The notes under the pieces: model-generated
The model's database searches: none
Told to the model about the DNA's origin: nothing
What the model saw: only the letters and a program-made list of their open reading frames with translations
Part shown: positions 40,380 through 50,002 of the stretch, piece by piece
Numbering within the stretch: the stretch's first letter is position 1
Layout of the letters: every line of letters begins with the position of its first letter
Assembly: GCA_963664115.2 (NCBI GenBank)
Contig: CAXWPJ010000004.1
Span: forward strand, 125,459-189,458
Length of the DNA: 64,000 bases
Direction of reading: 5' to 3'
DNA from: Terriglobia bacterium
Lineage (GTDB): Bacteria; Acidobacteriota; Terriglobia; 20CM-2-55-15
Position numbers and translations under genes: made by a program

Positions 40380-41402
40380 TCATTCCGCAAAACGGTCCCA
40401 GAAGGGACGGGTTCCAGCCGCAAGATTGACGATCTCGGCGTAGCTGCGGACACCTCCCTCAACTTGATTGGCCCTCAAGAACAGATCCAGGCTCCGGTTC
40501 TGCGTGCGACTCACCCAGTCGATGCGTTGACCCGCGATCCGGGCATACACGGCTTCGACATCGCTCCGTGGCCCTTGTTCAAGGAGCAAATCTGATTCGG
40601 ATGACCGGAGATAGAACCAGAGCGTCAACCAGCCGCTATAGCGGAACGCCGTGTCGGAAGAGCCCAGCGCAGCCATCAGAGCAACGAAGTTGGCGTCGCC
40701 TTCGTGTGGGTAGCCATGGACATGTGCCAACTCGTGCAACGCGACCATGGGCATCTCGAACGATAAGAGCCCTCGGGTGACGATGGCCTCATGCCCGAAG
40801 GGATTAAACATTCCCTCGACACCGGCAGCACGAAAGAACGGATCGAGCACCCACGAAGATTTAACGCCCGAACCCGACGGCCAGGATGTACCGTCAAGTT
40901 CTCGAACGACGGCACCCACGCGGGCGGCGGCTTCCGCCTCCAGCCGGGCATCGCCGAAGGCAGCTGTGGAGCGCACGGCGTACAAATCGTTGAGTGCGGC
41001 CGCCGCCTCCTCGGTGAGATCGGCTATGGATTCGACGTTCACGCGCTCGGCACTGAAATCCAACTTGGTCAACAAAGGCGGCCGGTGGTAGTTGATCCCC
41101 CATGTCCAAAAGAAGAGGAGGTACCCGGCCGAGAACAAACCCAACAGACGAAGAAACTTCCTCCGATAGAGAAGGTAGGGGGCACCTAAAATCGCGAGCG
41201 GAACCAGTAGGTCCAGCCAGGAAAAGCCCACGGCCCGACCGAAGAAACCCATCAGCGACGAGACCAGGGGATAAACCCTTCTCGCGTAAAGACTCTCGAC
41301 GAGATTTGAGGGAATCCAGCCCAAGAGCGACAGCATCAATGACGCCAGAGCCAGCCCGGCCAAACCCAGAGATAAACGCTTGAAAAATTTTGACTTGACC
41401 AT
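40380..41402 (-). CDS. DUF3810-family membrane protein with zincin motif
   Basis: VESLYARRVYP, WGINYHR, GMFNPF..EA and HELAH..GY..EGDANF motifs. Confidence 0.85.
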   Translation of the reverse strand: MVKSKFFKRLSLGLAGLALASLMLSLLGWIPSNLVESLYARRVYPLVSSLMGFFGRAVGFSWLDLLVPLAILGAPYLLYRRKFLRLLGLFSAGYLLFFWTWGINYHRPPLLTKLDFSAERVNVESIADLTEEAAAALNDLYAVRSTAAFGDARLEAEAAARVGAVVRELDGTSWPSGSGVKSSWVLDPFFRAAGVEGMFNPFGHEAIVTRGLLSFEMPMVALHELAHVHGYPHEGDANFVALMAALGSSDTAFRYSGWLTLWFYLRSSESDLLLEQGPRSDVEAVYARIAGQRIDWVSRTQNRSLDLFLRANQVEGGVRSYAEIVNLAAGTRPFWDRFAE

Positions 41403-41527
41403 CTCTAAGGGCCTTTGTTACGATCTGTGCTTCTTGCTTGCGGGTAAGTCGTTAGAAATCATAGCTGTAGACAGCGCCTCGGCATCCCTGTTCCTGTAGG
41501 GGCCCCAGGCTGGCTGATAAAACATAG

Positions 41528-42445
41528 ATGGCCAAGAATTCTTATACGTTAATCATCGTCCCGAATGCCAGTTCGGGGCTTCACAAGTTTCGCATTCCCC
41601 TCTCTGCCGTCTACGCAGTGGCATGTCTGTTACTGGTTGGATTCTTTACCATCGTTGGCCTTGGATTCAACTATGCACGCATGGGACTCCAATCCGCTGA
41701 CTATAACCAGCTCCGTGCCCAAAACACGGAACTCAAGGTGGAGAACCAGAACCTCGAAGTAGCGACCCGCCAGCTCAACACCAAGATTAAGGGACTGGAA
41801 AAACTCTCCGACGATATCCAGGAAATGATGCTGACCGATACCTGGAACCAGCGCTTCGGCCTGCTGGAGGGTGGAGGAATCGGCGGAGCCCTGGAAGACT
41901 ATCCCACGTCGGCCATGATCGCCAGCCTGACGGTTCGCAACAATCTAGAAATTGCGCGCGACCGGACTCTGGATCTGGAAGACCAACTCCGCTTCGTCGA
42001 ACAGATCGCTACATTGCGGGCGGGCAAACTGCTGTCGACACCATCCATGTGGCCTGTCGCCGGACCAATTCGAAGCGCCTATGGGCGCCGGCGTGATCCG
42101 TTTACGGGCGCGACTGAGCTACACCGTGCACTCGACATCGGCGCACTCTACGGCACGGTCGTCCGGACACCGGCGGATGGCAGGGTCGTTTTCGCCCGAC
42201 GGCAGGCGAACTACGGGAACCTGATCGTGGTCGATCACGGTGGTGGCATTACGACACGTTTCGGCCACCTGTCCCGCTTCGAATCGGAAGTCGGTGAGCG
42301 GGTGCGGAAGGGCGATGTGATCGGCTACGTTGGCAACTCGGGTCGCACCACAGGACCGCATCTCCACTATGAAGTGCGCGTGAATGACCGCCCACTCAAT
42401 CCCCGCAACTACCTCCCCGTCGCAACGTCTGCAATCGCGGACTGA
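41528..42445 (+). CDS. M23-family peptidoglycan endopeptidase
   Basis: TM segment plus coiled coil; HRALD (HxxxD), YGN and GPHLHYEV motifs. Confidence 0.93.
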   Translation: MAKNSYTLIIVPNASSGLHKFRIPLSAVYAVACLLLVGFFTIVGLGFNYARMGLQSADYNQLRAQNTELKVENQNLEVATRQLNTKIKGLEKLSDDIQEMMLTDTWNQRFGLLEGGGIGGALEDYPTSAMIASLTVRNNLEIARDRTLDLEDQLRFVEQIATLRAGKLLSTPSMWPVAGPIRSAYGRRRDPFTGATELHRALDIGALYGTVVRTPADGRVVFARRQANYGNLIVVDHGGGITTRFGHLSRFESEVGERVRKGDVIGYVGNSGRTTGPHLHYEVRVNDRPLNPRNYLPVATSAIAD

Positions 42446-42550
42446 TCGATCAACTCCAAATAATCGGACCAGGGTGATTTTTTCGACGAATCCCTCTGTT
42501 TCCTTCGCTCTCCCTCTACCGTAGCGTTTCGATTCAGGCTATCCTTAAGG

Positions 42551-45211
42551 ATGCTTGGCAATCTCGTTAAAAAGTTCGTCGGCTCTCGCAACGACCGCGA
42601 ACTGAAAAAGATCCAGCCAGTCGTTGCCGCAGTCAACGAACTGGAACCCTCCCTGTCGGGTCTCACAGACGCTCAACTCCAGGCCAAAACTCCGGAACTC
42701 AGGGAAAAAATCGATCAGGGCGCCTCGCTGGAAGACCTGCTTCCTGAAGCCTTCGCCGTCGGACGCGAAACGGGCAAGCGCATACTGGGCATGCGTCACT
42801 ACGACGTGCAGTTGGTCGGCGGCTACGCACTGCACACCGGCCGGATAGCCGAAATGAAAACGGGGGAAGGCAAAACCCTCGTCGCCACGCTTCCCGCCTA
42901 CCTCAACGGTCTCGGCGGCAAAGGCATCCACGTCGTGACGGTCAACGACTACCTCGCCCACCGCGATGCGGAGTGGATGGGCCGAATCTATCGTTTCCTC
43001 GGGCTTGAAGTCGGAGTAATCAAGCACGGGATAGACGAGAAAGTACGTCGAGCCGCTTACGGGGCCGACATTACCTACGGGACTAACAACGAATTCGGTT
43101 TCGACTACCTGCGCGACAACATGAAGTTCGACGTGTCCCAACTGGTCCAGAGGGGGCACAACTTCGCGGTCGTCGACGAGGTGGACTCGATCCTTATCGA
43201 TGAAGCACGGACGCCATTGATCATATCGGGTCCGAGTGATGAGGCGACCGACAAGTACTACCGCATCGACAAGGTCATACCGCGCCTGCGACGGGACATC
43301 GACTTCCAGATCGATGAAAAGCACCGGACGGCGACCCTCACTGAAGAAGGGGTCCAGAGCGCTGAAGGCCTGCTATCGGTGGCAAACCTCTACGATCCAT
43401 CCAACATGGACATCCTCCACCACATCAACCAGAGCTTGAAGGCCCACTCTCTGTTCAAGCGCGACGTTGACTACGTGGTCAAAGACGGAGACGTCCAGAT
43501 CGTGGACGAGTTCACGGGACGATTGATGCCGGGCCGCAGGTGGAGCGACGGATTGCACCAGGCGGTGGAAGCGAAAGAAGGTCTCAAGATCCAGCAGGAG
43601 AATCAAACCCTCGCGTCGATCACCTTCCAGAACTATTTCCGGATGTACGACAAGCTCGCCGGTATGACGGGAACGGCGGAAACCGAAGCCGAGGAATTCG
43701 GAAACATTTACAACCTCGATGTCCTGGTAATTCCAACCAACTGCGAGCTTGGGCGCATCGAATTTCCCGACATTATCTACCGGACCGAGCGCGAGAAATT
43801 CAACGCCGTGATCGAGGAGGTTCAGGAACTTAATAAAACCGGACAGCCCGTACTGGTCGGCACGATCACCATCGACAAATCAGAGAAGCTCAGCTCGATG
43901 CTCAAGCGGAAGAGGATCAAACACATCGTTCTGAACGCAAAGTATCACGCAAAGGAGGCCGAAATCGTCGCCCAGGCCGGACGCAAAGGGGCGGTCACAA
44001 TCGCCACGAACATGGCCGGGCGCGGAACGGACATCTTGCTGGGCGGCAACCCCGACTTTCTCGCTCGCGATGTACTGCGCAAAGCCAACGTCAACCCGGA
44101 CGAGGCGACGCGGGAACAGATGGCGGACGCACTCGAGAAAGTCCGGCCCGCGGTCGAGGCCGAACACGAAGAGGTCGTGTCCTTGGACGGCCTTCATATC
44201 ATTGGCACCGAGCGCCACGAGGCACGACGTATCGACAACCAGTTACGCGGCCGGTCCGGACGCCAGGGCGATCCGGGTTCTTCGCGCTTCTTCGTCTCGC
44301 TCGAAGACGACCTGATGCGCATCTTCGCCGCTGAACGGATTTCCGGGATCATGCAGCGTCTGGGAATGGACGAAGGTGTCCCGATCGAGTCCAAGATGGT
44401 CTCCAAGCAAATCGAGAGCGCCCAAAAGCGGGTGGAAGGCCAGAACTTCGCAGCCCGCAAACATGTGCTTGAATACGACGACGTGATGAACAAGCAGAGG
44501 GAAGCCATCTACTGCCTGCGCAAACAACTGTTGGAAGAGCCGGATCAGAAGGAACACATCCGTTCGATAGCCGACGACATCATGGGGTCGCTGGTGTCAC
44601 AGTTCGCATCGGAAGAAATCCATCCCGGAGAATGGGATCTGGAGGGCCTCCGGAAAGCCGTGCTCCGTCAGTACGCGTTCGATTTCAAGGCAGAGGGAAT
44701 CAATCCGGATGATCTGTCCTCTGAGGAAGTGGAAAAAGCACTCCTTGAGGTTTCGCACAATAAATACGACGAAAAGGAACACATCATCAGCTCCGAAGCG
44801 ATGCGGTTCCACGAACGGATGCTGATGTTGCAGATCGTCGATTCTCAATGGAAAGACCACCTGCTTGCGATGGATCACCTTAAAGAGGGTATTGGCCTGA
44901 GGGGATACGGACAACGGAACCCCCTCATGGAGTACAAAAAGGAATCTTTTGATCTTTTCGGAGGCCTGATGGACAGGATCGAAGAAGACGGGATCCGCTT
45001 CCTGTTCCTTCTTCAACCGGTCGATCAGCAGAAGCAGGCCGAACAATTGGAACGCCGGCGGAAACGGCAACAATTCGTAACGTCGAATCAAGGCGGCGAG
45101 GCCGGCCCTAAGAAACCGGTCAGAAGGGGTACCGCCAAGGTGGGCCGAAACGATCCTTGTCCATGTGGAAGTGGTAAAAAATATAAAAAGTGCTGTGGGG
45201 TGGCCGCTTGA
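42551..45211 (+). CDS. secA: Preprotein translocase ATPase SecA
   Basis: [47 protein letters not shown] and SEC-C motif [13 protein letters not shown]. Confidence 0.99.
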   Translation: MLGNLVKKFVGSRNDRELKKIQPVVAAVNELEPSLSGLTDAQLQAKTPELREKIDQGASLEDLLPEAFAVGRETGKRILGMRHYDVQLVGGYALHTGRIAEMKTGEGKTLVATLPAYLNGLGGKGIHVVTVNDYLAHRDAEWMGRIYRFLGLEVGVIKHGIDEKVRRAAYGADITYGTNNEFGFDYLRDNMKFDVSQLVQRGHNFAVVDEVDSILIDEARTPLIISGPSDEATDKYYRIDKVIPRLRRDIDFQIDEKHRTATLTEEGVQSAEGLLSVANLYDPSNMDILHHINQSLKAHSLFKRDVDYVVKDGDVQIVDEFTGRLMPGRRWSDGLHQAVEAKEGLKIQQENQTLASITFQNYFRMYDKLAGMTGTAETEAEEFGNIYNLDVLVIPTNCELGRIEFPDIIYRTEREKFNAVIEEVQELNKTGQPVLVGTITIDKSEKLSSMLKRKRIKHIVLNAKYHAKEAEIVAQAGRKGAVTIATNMAGRGTDILLGGNPDFLARDVLRKANVNPDEATREQMADALEKVRPAVEAEHEEVVSLDGLHIIGTERHEARRIDNQLRGRSGRQGDPGSSRFFVSLEDDLMRIFAAERISGIMQRLGMDEGVPIESKMVSKQIESAQKRVEGQNFAARKHVLEYDDVMNKQREAIYCLRKQLLEEPDQKEHIRSIADDIMGSLVSQFASEEIHPGEWDLEGLRKAVLRQYAFDFKAEGINPDDLSSEEVEKALLEVSHNKYDEKEHIISSEAMRFHERMLMLQIVDSQWKDHLLAMDHLKEGIGLRGYGQRNPLMEYKKESFDLFGGLMDRIEEDGIRFLFLLQPVDQQKQAEQLERRRKRQQFVTSNQGGEAGPKKPVRRGTAKVGRNDPCPCGSGKKYKKCCGVAA

Positions 45212-46668
45212 ACGAGCAGAAATTTCCTGAAACATACACTTTTGACGACGTCCTGATCATTCCCATGAAATCGGACGTCCTGCCCAGCGAAGTCCAGACC
45301 CGTACGCGATTGACCAATCGAATTTCACTGAACATTCCCATCGCCAGCGCCGCCATGGACACGGTTACGGACTCGCGCCTGGCGATCGCCCTTGCCCAAC
45401 AGGGGGGTATCGGCATTGTGCACAGGAACATGTCGATAGAAATGCAGGCTTCCGAAGTCGACAAGGTCAAACGGTCTGAAAGCGGCATGATCGTCGATCC
45501 GATCACGATGTCACCCGACGACAGAATTCAGGACGCCGTCGACCTGATGGCGAAGTACAAAATCTCAGGTGTGCCCGTGACCGAGCGGGGACGCCTGGTC
45601 GGCATCCTCACCAACAGAGACCTGCGCTTTGAGGATCGCTTTCATCTTCCCATTCGCGAAGCGATGACCAAGGACAATCTCATCACGGTACCGGTGGGAA
45701 CGACTCTCGACGAGGCCCAACAAATACTCCACGAGCATCGTATCGAAAAAGTCCTCGTCGTGGATGATAAGCAGACTTTAAAGGGACTCATCACGGTCAA
45801 GGACATCACGAAGAAAATCAAATATCCCATATCGGCTAAGGACGAACACGGTCGACTCCGGGTAGGCGCTGCGATCGGAGCGACCGGCGACTTCATGGAG
45901 CGGGCGGCTGCGCTCGTTGACGCCAAGGTCGATATCATCGTCATCGATACGGCCCACGGGCACTCCTCTCGGGTCATCGCCGCTATAGGGGCGGTAAAAA
46001 AGGCATATCCGGAAACAGGTCTTGTGGCGGGCAACATCGCGTCCTCAGAGGCCGCGGCCGATCTCATCGACGCCGGAGTGGATGCGGTCAAGATAGGCAT
46101 CGGTCCAGGTTCGATTTGCACGACCCGCGTTGTGAGCGGAGTCGGTGTGCCACAAATCAGCGCGATCATGGAATGCAAAACTGTTTGTGCGGAACGCAAC
46201 ATACCACTCATTGCCGATGGTGGCATAAAGTTCTCAGGCGACGTCACAAAAGCTATCGCGGCAGGCGCCGACACGGTCATGATCGGATCGCTCTTCGCCG
46301 GCACCGATGAAAGTCCGGGAGAGGTGATTCTCTACCAGGGCCGGACCTACAAATCCTACAGGGGCATGGGATCGATAGGAGCGATGCAGGACGGCAGCAG
46401 CGACCGCTATGCGCAGGACAGGGAACAGCCTGCAAAACTCGTTCCAGAGGGCGTCGAGGGACGGGTCACCCACAAGGGACCGCTGTCTTCGATGGTCCAC
46501 CAACTCGTTGGAGGGCTACGCTCGGGAATGGGTTACTGTGGTTGCAACACGATCGAGGAACTCCAGGTCAAGAGCCGCTTCATGAAGATTACCGACGCTT
46601 CGCTGAAAGAGAGCCACGTCCACGACGTCTTCATCACCAAGGAAGCCCCCAACTACCAGATCGAGTAA
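45208..46668 (+). CDS. guaB: IMP dehydrogenase
   Basis: AAMDTVT, CBS pair, [17 protein letters not shown] and VPEGVEG motifs; TTG overlaps the secA stop. Confidence 0.98.
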   Translation: MNEQKFPETYTFDDVLIIPMKSDVLPSEVQTRTRLTNRISLNIPIASAAMDTVTDSRLAIALAQQGGIGIVHRNMSIEMQASEVDKVKRSESGMIVDPITMSPDDRIQDAVDLMAKYKISGVPVTERGRLVGILTNRDLRFEDRFHLPIREAMTKDNLITVPVGTTLDEAQQILHEHRIEKVLVVDDKQTLKGLITVKDITKKIKYPISAKDEHGRLRVGAAIGATGDFMERAAALVDAKVDIIVIDTAHGHSSRVIAAIGAVKKAYPETGLVAGNIASSEAAADLIDAGVDAVKIGIGPGSICTTRVVSGVGVPQISAIMECKTVCAERNIPLIADGGIKFSGDVTKAIAAGADTVMIGSLFAGTDESPGEVILYQGRTYKSYRGMGSIGAMQDGSSDRYAQDREQPAKLVPEGVEGRVTHKGPLSSMVHQLVGGLRSGMGYCGCNTIEELQVKSRFMKITDASLKESHVHDVFITKEAPNYQIE

Positions 46669-46706
46669 GGGAGAGTGCGGAGCCTTAAATTCAGGATGAG
46701 CTACTG

Positions 46707-46832
46707 ACGGCGTCACTTGTTTGCGCGCCATGAACGGCGACACTTGTGGAGCCGTAAACGTCACTTGTGGAGTCCTACACGGCGACACTTGTGGAGTCCT
46801 ACACGGCGACACTTGTGGAGCCGTAGACGTCA
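46707..46832. repeat. Tandem repeat of five units (27/24/21/24/24 bp) with a CACTTGT core
   Basis: ACGGCGACACTTGTGGAG(C/T)C(G/C)TA-type units start at 46707, 46734, 46758, 46779 and 46803. Confidence 0.9.
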
Positions 46833-46905
46833 AGCAAGATAATTAAAATCGAGTCCCGCCCTTCAGATTTCAATAACTTCGATCACTTTCATCAAGGAGA
46901 AACAA

Positions 46906-47280
46906 ATGGCACATGTTGGAAAAACTCAGCTCACCTATGTAATTTCTGCCCCGCCAGACCAGGTAGCCGAGGGCGACCGCATTTTTGAAAGCCACGGGCC
47001 CTGGATGGAATCGTCGCATCATCGCAGTGGCGACAAAGCCCTACTCACTTACAACGTGTCCAAGGCGCCCGAGCTTTCCAACCCACTGGATACGAGTTCC
47101 GCCCCGACCGGGAACACCATCTTCGTGCTCCACGAGATTTACGAGAGCGAGGCCGGAGTGACGGACCACTTTGAGCAAGCCATGGGTCATTGGAGCGAGT
47201 TCCCGGATTTCGTGAAGTGGCTCGGGAGTTGCAAGGTCTCAGGCGTCGCAGCTTCACCCGTGATCGAGTCCCTCTGGTAG
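46906..47280 (+). CDS. Hypothetical protein, possibly a dimeric alpha-beta barrel (ABM-like)
   Basis: AAGGAG RBS; F.L.E.YE..AG...H pattern. Confidence 0.7.
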   Translation: MAHVGKTQLTYVISAPPDQVAEGDRIFESHGPWMESSHHRSGDKALLTYNVSKAPELSNPLDTSSAPTGNTIFVLHEIYESEAGVTDHFEQAMGHWSEFPDFVKWLGSCKVSGVAASPVIESLW

Positions 47281-47381
47281 GACGGAAACTGGATGGGGTG
47301 GGGTGAATTAACTGCGCGCAGAACCCGCAGGTGCAAATGGGGGCAACCCACGAAACCGTAGACTTGGCAGGCGCAGAGCTG

Positions 47382-47580
47382 TCACTGCGACAGGACGGGT
47401 TGCAGGCCGCTCTCGATGATGGCGTCGGCAATAACTGGAAAGGACAGGTATCGAATCAACGCTTCAGCGCCGTCTGGATTTCTCGCGCCGGTGACGACAC
47501 CGGCCGAGAAAACAGTGACCTGCTGCACTTCATCCGGCAGCGGTCCGACATGATCTAAGCCGTCGATGGGAAGCAGCAAA
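47382..47580 (-). pseudogene. C-terminal fragment of a ModA-like substrate-binding protein
   Basis: LLPIDGLDHVGPLPDEVQQVTVFSAG...AEALIRYL....I..SGL tail; N-terminal portion absent. Confidence 0.65.
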
Positions 47581-47670
47581 GTCTTTTTCGACTCGATCAT
47601 GTTCGTTTCCACTTCTGGTTGGCACTTAGCTGCTGTTTCGCAACTGAGTGAAACGTCGGCAACGATGACG

Positions 47671-47862
47671 CTACTCGTCCGAGGTTCGGAGCGTCACACT
47701 CCAGTCGCCTCCCGGATCGCCGACAACCTCTACTTCCCAGGGCCGACAGCACACAGAACAATCCTCCACGTAACCCTGTCGTCTACCGCCCCCCGCATCG
47801 ACGGTTAGTTCAACAGCTTCACCGCAGTAGGGGCAGTTCGTTGCGATAGCTTCTGTCATCAC
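47671..47862 (-). CDS. CPXCG-motif cysteine-rich small protein
   Basis: CPYCGE...[11 protein letters not shown]. Confidence 0.88.
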   Translation of the reverse strand: MMTEAIATNCPYCGEAVELTVDAGGGRRQGYVEDCSVCCRPWEVEVVGDPGGDWSVTLRTSDE

Positions 47863-47975
47863 ATCCTGCCGACAAGTGTATTCCGTAGAACTGGATGAAC
47901 CATAGCCATGCTCCTTCAGTGCTTGAATTCAGCACTGCTTAGCATTTTCACGGCCTGGCGCGTCGGAGCAGAGCT

Positions 47976-48239
47976 TCAACGGTCACCGGATTGGCGCTTG
48001 GCAGTGCTTCCGCCATGGCGGGAGCCGTGAGACGCCCCGACATTCCCCGCACCCCCATCCTTGCGTTTCGGCCCTCCACCCGCTGTTTCGATGTCGCCGG
48101 CTTCGATAAGTTTTACAAGCGGTGGGTGTTCGAGAGCTTTGTGCGACACCTGCCCCGTCTTCCCGGGTGCGAGAAACAGCCGTTTCCCGCCGGGTAAGGG
48201 AACGCTCAGAGGCACGCGAGTCTTGTTGGTGATGTCCAT
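47976..48239 (-). CDS. Small hypothetical protein
   Basis: 87-aa ORF with a globular-looking N-terminus and a Gly/Ser-rich tail. Confidence 0.55.
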   Translation of the reverse strand: MDITNKTRVPLSVPLPGGKRLFLAPGKTGQVSHKALEHPPLVKLIEAGDIETAGGGPKRKDGGAGNVGASHGSRHGGSTAKRQSGDR

Positions 48240-48494
48240 CTTCGTTTTCCAGCGACCGCAAGCAGCTCAAAGTCCCATAGGAGGATTACAGGACAACTCG
48301 CTAAACCATACTAGAGGTGCGGTTTGTTGGCAATCAGAAGCTCAAGTCCCCTGCGGGCTTGTCGCCGTTTGAGAAGGCCCTCTGTCTCGGTTGCCTAACA
48401 GCTAAAGGCAACAGGATTGCGGGAGAGTCGAGTTCGCAAATCGAGGACGCCAGCAGTGCCATCAAGCATCTCATGACGCCACAACGGTTTCAGA

Positions 48495-48854
48495 CTATGG
48501 ACGCGATTCTGCTACCGGTTTCTTCCGGCGCTCGGCGATGAACCCACCCGCTGCACCTCCAACGATTTTCAGGGCGTTCGCCGCGGCATACACCGTGGGA
48601 TCCCGAAGGATAACCATATAGATCAAGGCAGCGATTACGCCGACTAGTGATCCATGCAGGACAAAGTCGGCGTCGACTTTCCGCGCCGACCACAGGCCGA
48701 ACGCGAAGGCTAAAAATAAGCAAACCAAGGAAACCGTGATATTGAGAGTTGTCTCGCTAATCCCTGTGAAAGTAATGGGGATCAGGATTAGCAACATCGC
48801 CGCCTCTGCTCCGAATGCGGCGATCAATACGGGCCGCCAATGGATTGGCCTCAT
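48495..48854 (-). CDS. Small four-TM membrane protein
   Basis: AGGA RBS; four hydrophobic segments; LHG.LVG and GGAAGG motifs. Confidence 0.7.
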   Translation of the reverse strand: MRPIHWRPVLIAAFGAEAAMLLILIPITFTGISETTLNITVSLVCLFLAFAFGLWSARKVDADFVLHGSLVGVIAALIYMVILRDPTVYAAANALKIVGGAAGGFIAERRKKPVAESRP

Positions 48855-48913
48855 CGTTCCTGTTTTCCTTTGGGCCTAAGACCTGTGGGTCGTCCTGACC
48901 TGCAACTCTTGTC

Positions 48914-49942
48914 CTAGGAGTTGGGACGGAAACCGGCCACGTTGAGTCGAATTCGAGCCAAGGTTCTCTTGATCGTGATGTAGAGGGTCTGGCTGTCGGG
49001 GCCGCCGAAACCGATATTTGTTGGTCCATCTCCATCGTGAGGGGTGAGGATGATGCCCAGGCGTTCGCCCTCCGGCGAGATGATCACTACGCCGCCATTT
49101 GCTTCGCTCGCGCAGTAAAGGTTCCCGTTCACATCCACCTTCATGCCGTCGCATCGTGTCGGACTGAAGTCTGTCCGATCACTCAAGCTGCCATCGGCGG
49201 AGACGCTGTAACGAACGATCGTGCCCGCGTTGGTCACATACAGATATAGCTCGTCAGGTGAAAACGTAAGGCCGTTGGGGCCAATGTCATCGGCAAGCAG
49301 CTCTAAGTTGCCATCCCGGACGCGATACAAACTGCTAGGCAGTACGTTTCCCGACCCGGGGTTGGTCGAATGGGGATCGGTGAAGTAAACCCACCCATCT
49401 GAGCGCACAACGAGGTCATTGGGGCGGTTGAGTCGACTGCCTTGGTAATGATCCGCCAGAATGGTGCGTGTACCGTCTTCTTCGAGCCGTTTGACAGATC
49501 GATCTCCTTGTGCGGTCCACAGAATCCGGCCTTCCGTATCCAGGGCAACACCATTCGAACCGAACGAGACGGGATAGAAACGTCCGTTGAAGCCCCCGAT
49601 GTACCCGGCCGTGTGGGGCAGACTCGCTCTGTCGGTGACATCGTTCAAACCAGTGCGCTCAATGAACACGGATAACTCCCCAACAGGCTCCCATTTGTAA
49701 ATGACGTTCGCACTGATATCGCTGAACAGCAGGTACCCAGATGGGCCATCATCGATCCACAATGGCCCTTCAGCGTTTCCGAAATAGTCGCCCTTAAGCA
49801 CCTCTACTGTCGCGTCGGAAGAGACAATCGCGTCCAGCGCCGGGTCAAGTCTTTCCACTGAGCCTACGGCGGGTGTCTGGGCGAAGGACAAGTGCAGGCC
49901 GCAAACGGCAATCAAGAAGACGCACATGCTTAGCTTTCTCAC
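48914..49942 (-). CDS. Exported SMP-30/gluconolactonase-family protein
   Basis: EGPLW, LLFSDI, GSNG, NRPND, PNGLTFSPD, DGMKVD..GN and TNIGFGG motifs. Confidence 0.93.
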   Translation of the reverse strand: MRKLSMCVFLIAVCGLHLSFAQTPAVGSVERLDPALDAIVSSDATVEVLKGDYFGNAEGPLWIDDGPSGYLLFSDISANVIYKWEPVGELSVFIERTGLNDVTDRASLPHTAGYIGGFNGRFYPVSFGSNGVALDTEGRILWTAQGDRSVKRLEEDGTRTILADHYQGSRLNRPNDLVVRSDGWVYFTDPHSTNPGSGNVLPSSLYRVRDGNLELLADDIGPNGLTFSPDELYLYVTNAGTIVRYSVSADGSLSDRTDFSPTRCDGMKVDVNGNLYCASEANGGVVIISPEGERLGIILTPHDGDGPTNIGFGGPDSQTLYITIKRTLARIRLNVAGFRPNS

Positions 49943-50002
49943 AACGAGCCTCCACTAGCGGCACAGGGCCGCAAAACATTGGTCAATCTCAGTCTAGCGG
50001 CG

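Noticed and set aside
46707-46832. CRISPR array
   Set aside because: Units are contiguous with no unique spacers, and there are no cas genes in the window.
48391-48412. attC site starting at GCCTAAC
   Set aside because: No matching GTTAGGC downstream; explained by a short GTTGCCT/AGGCAAC hairpin.
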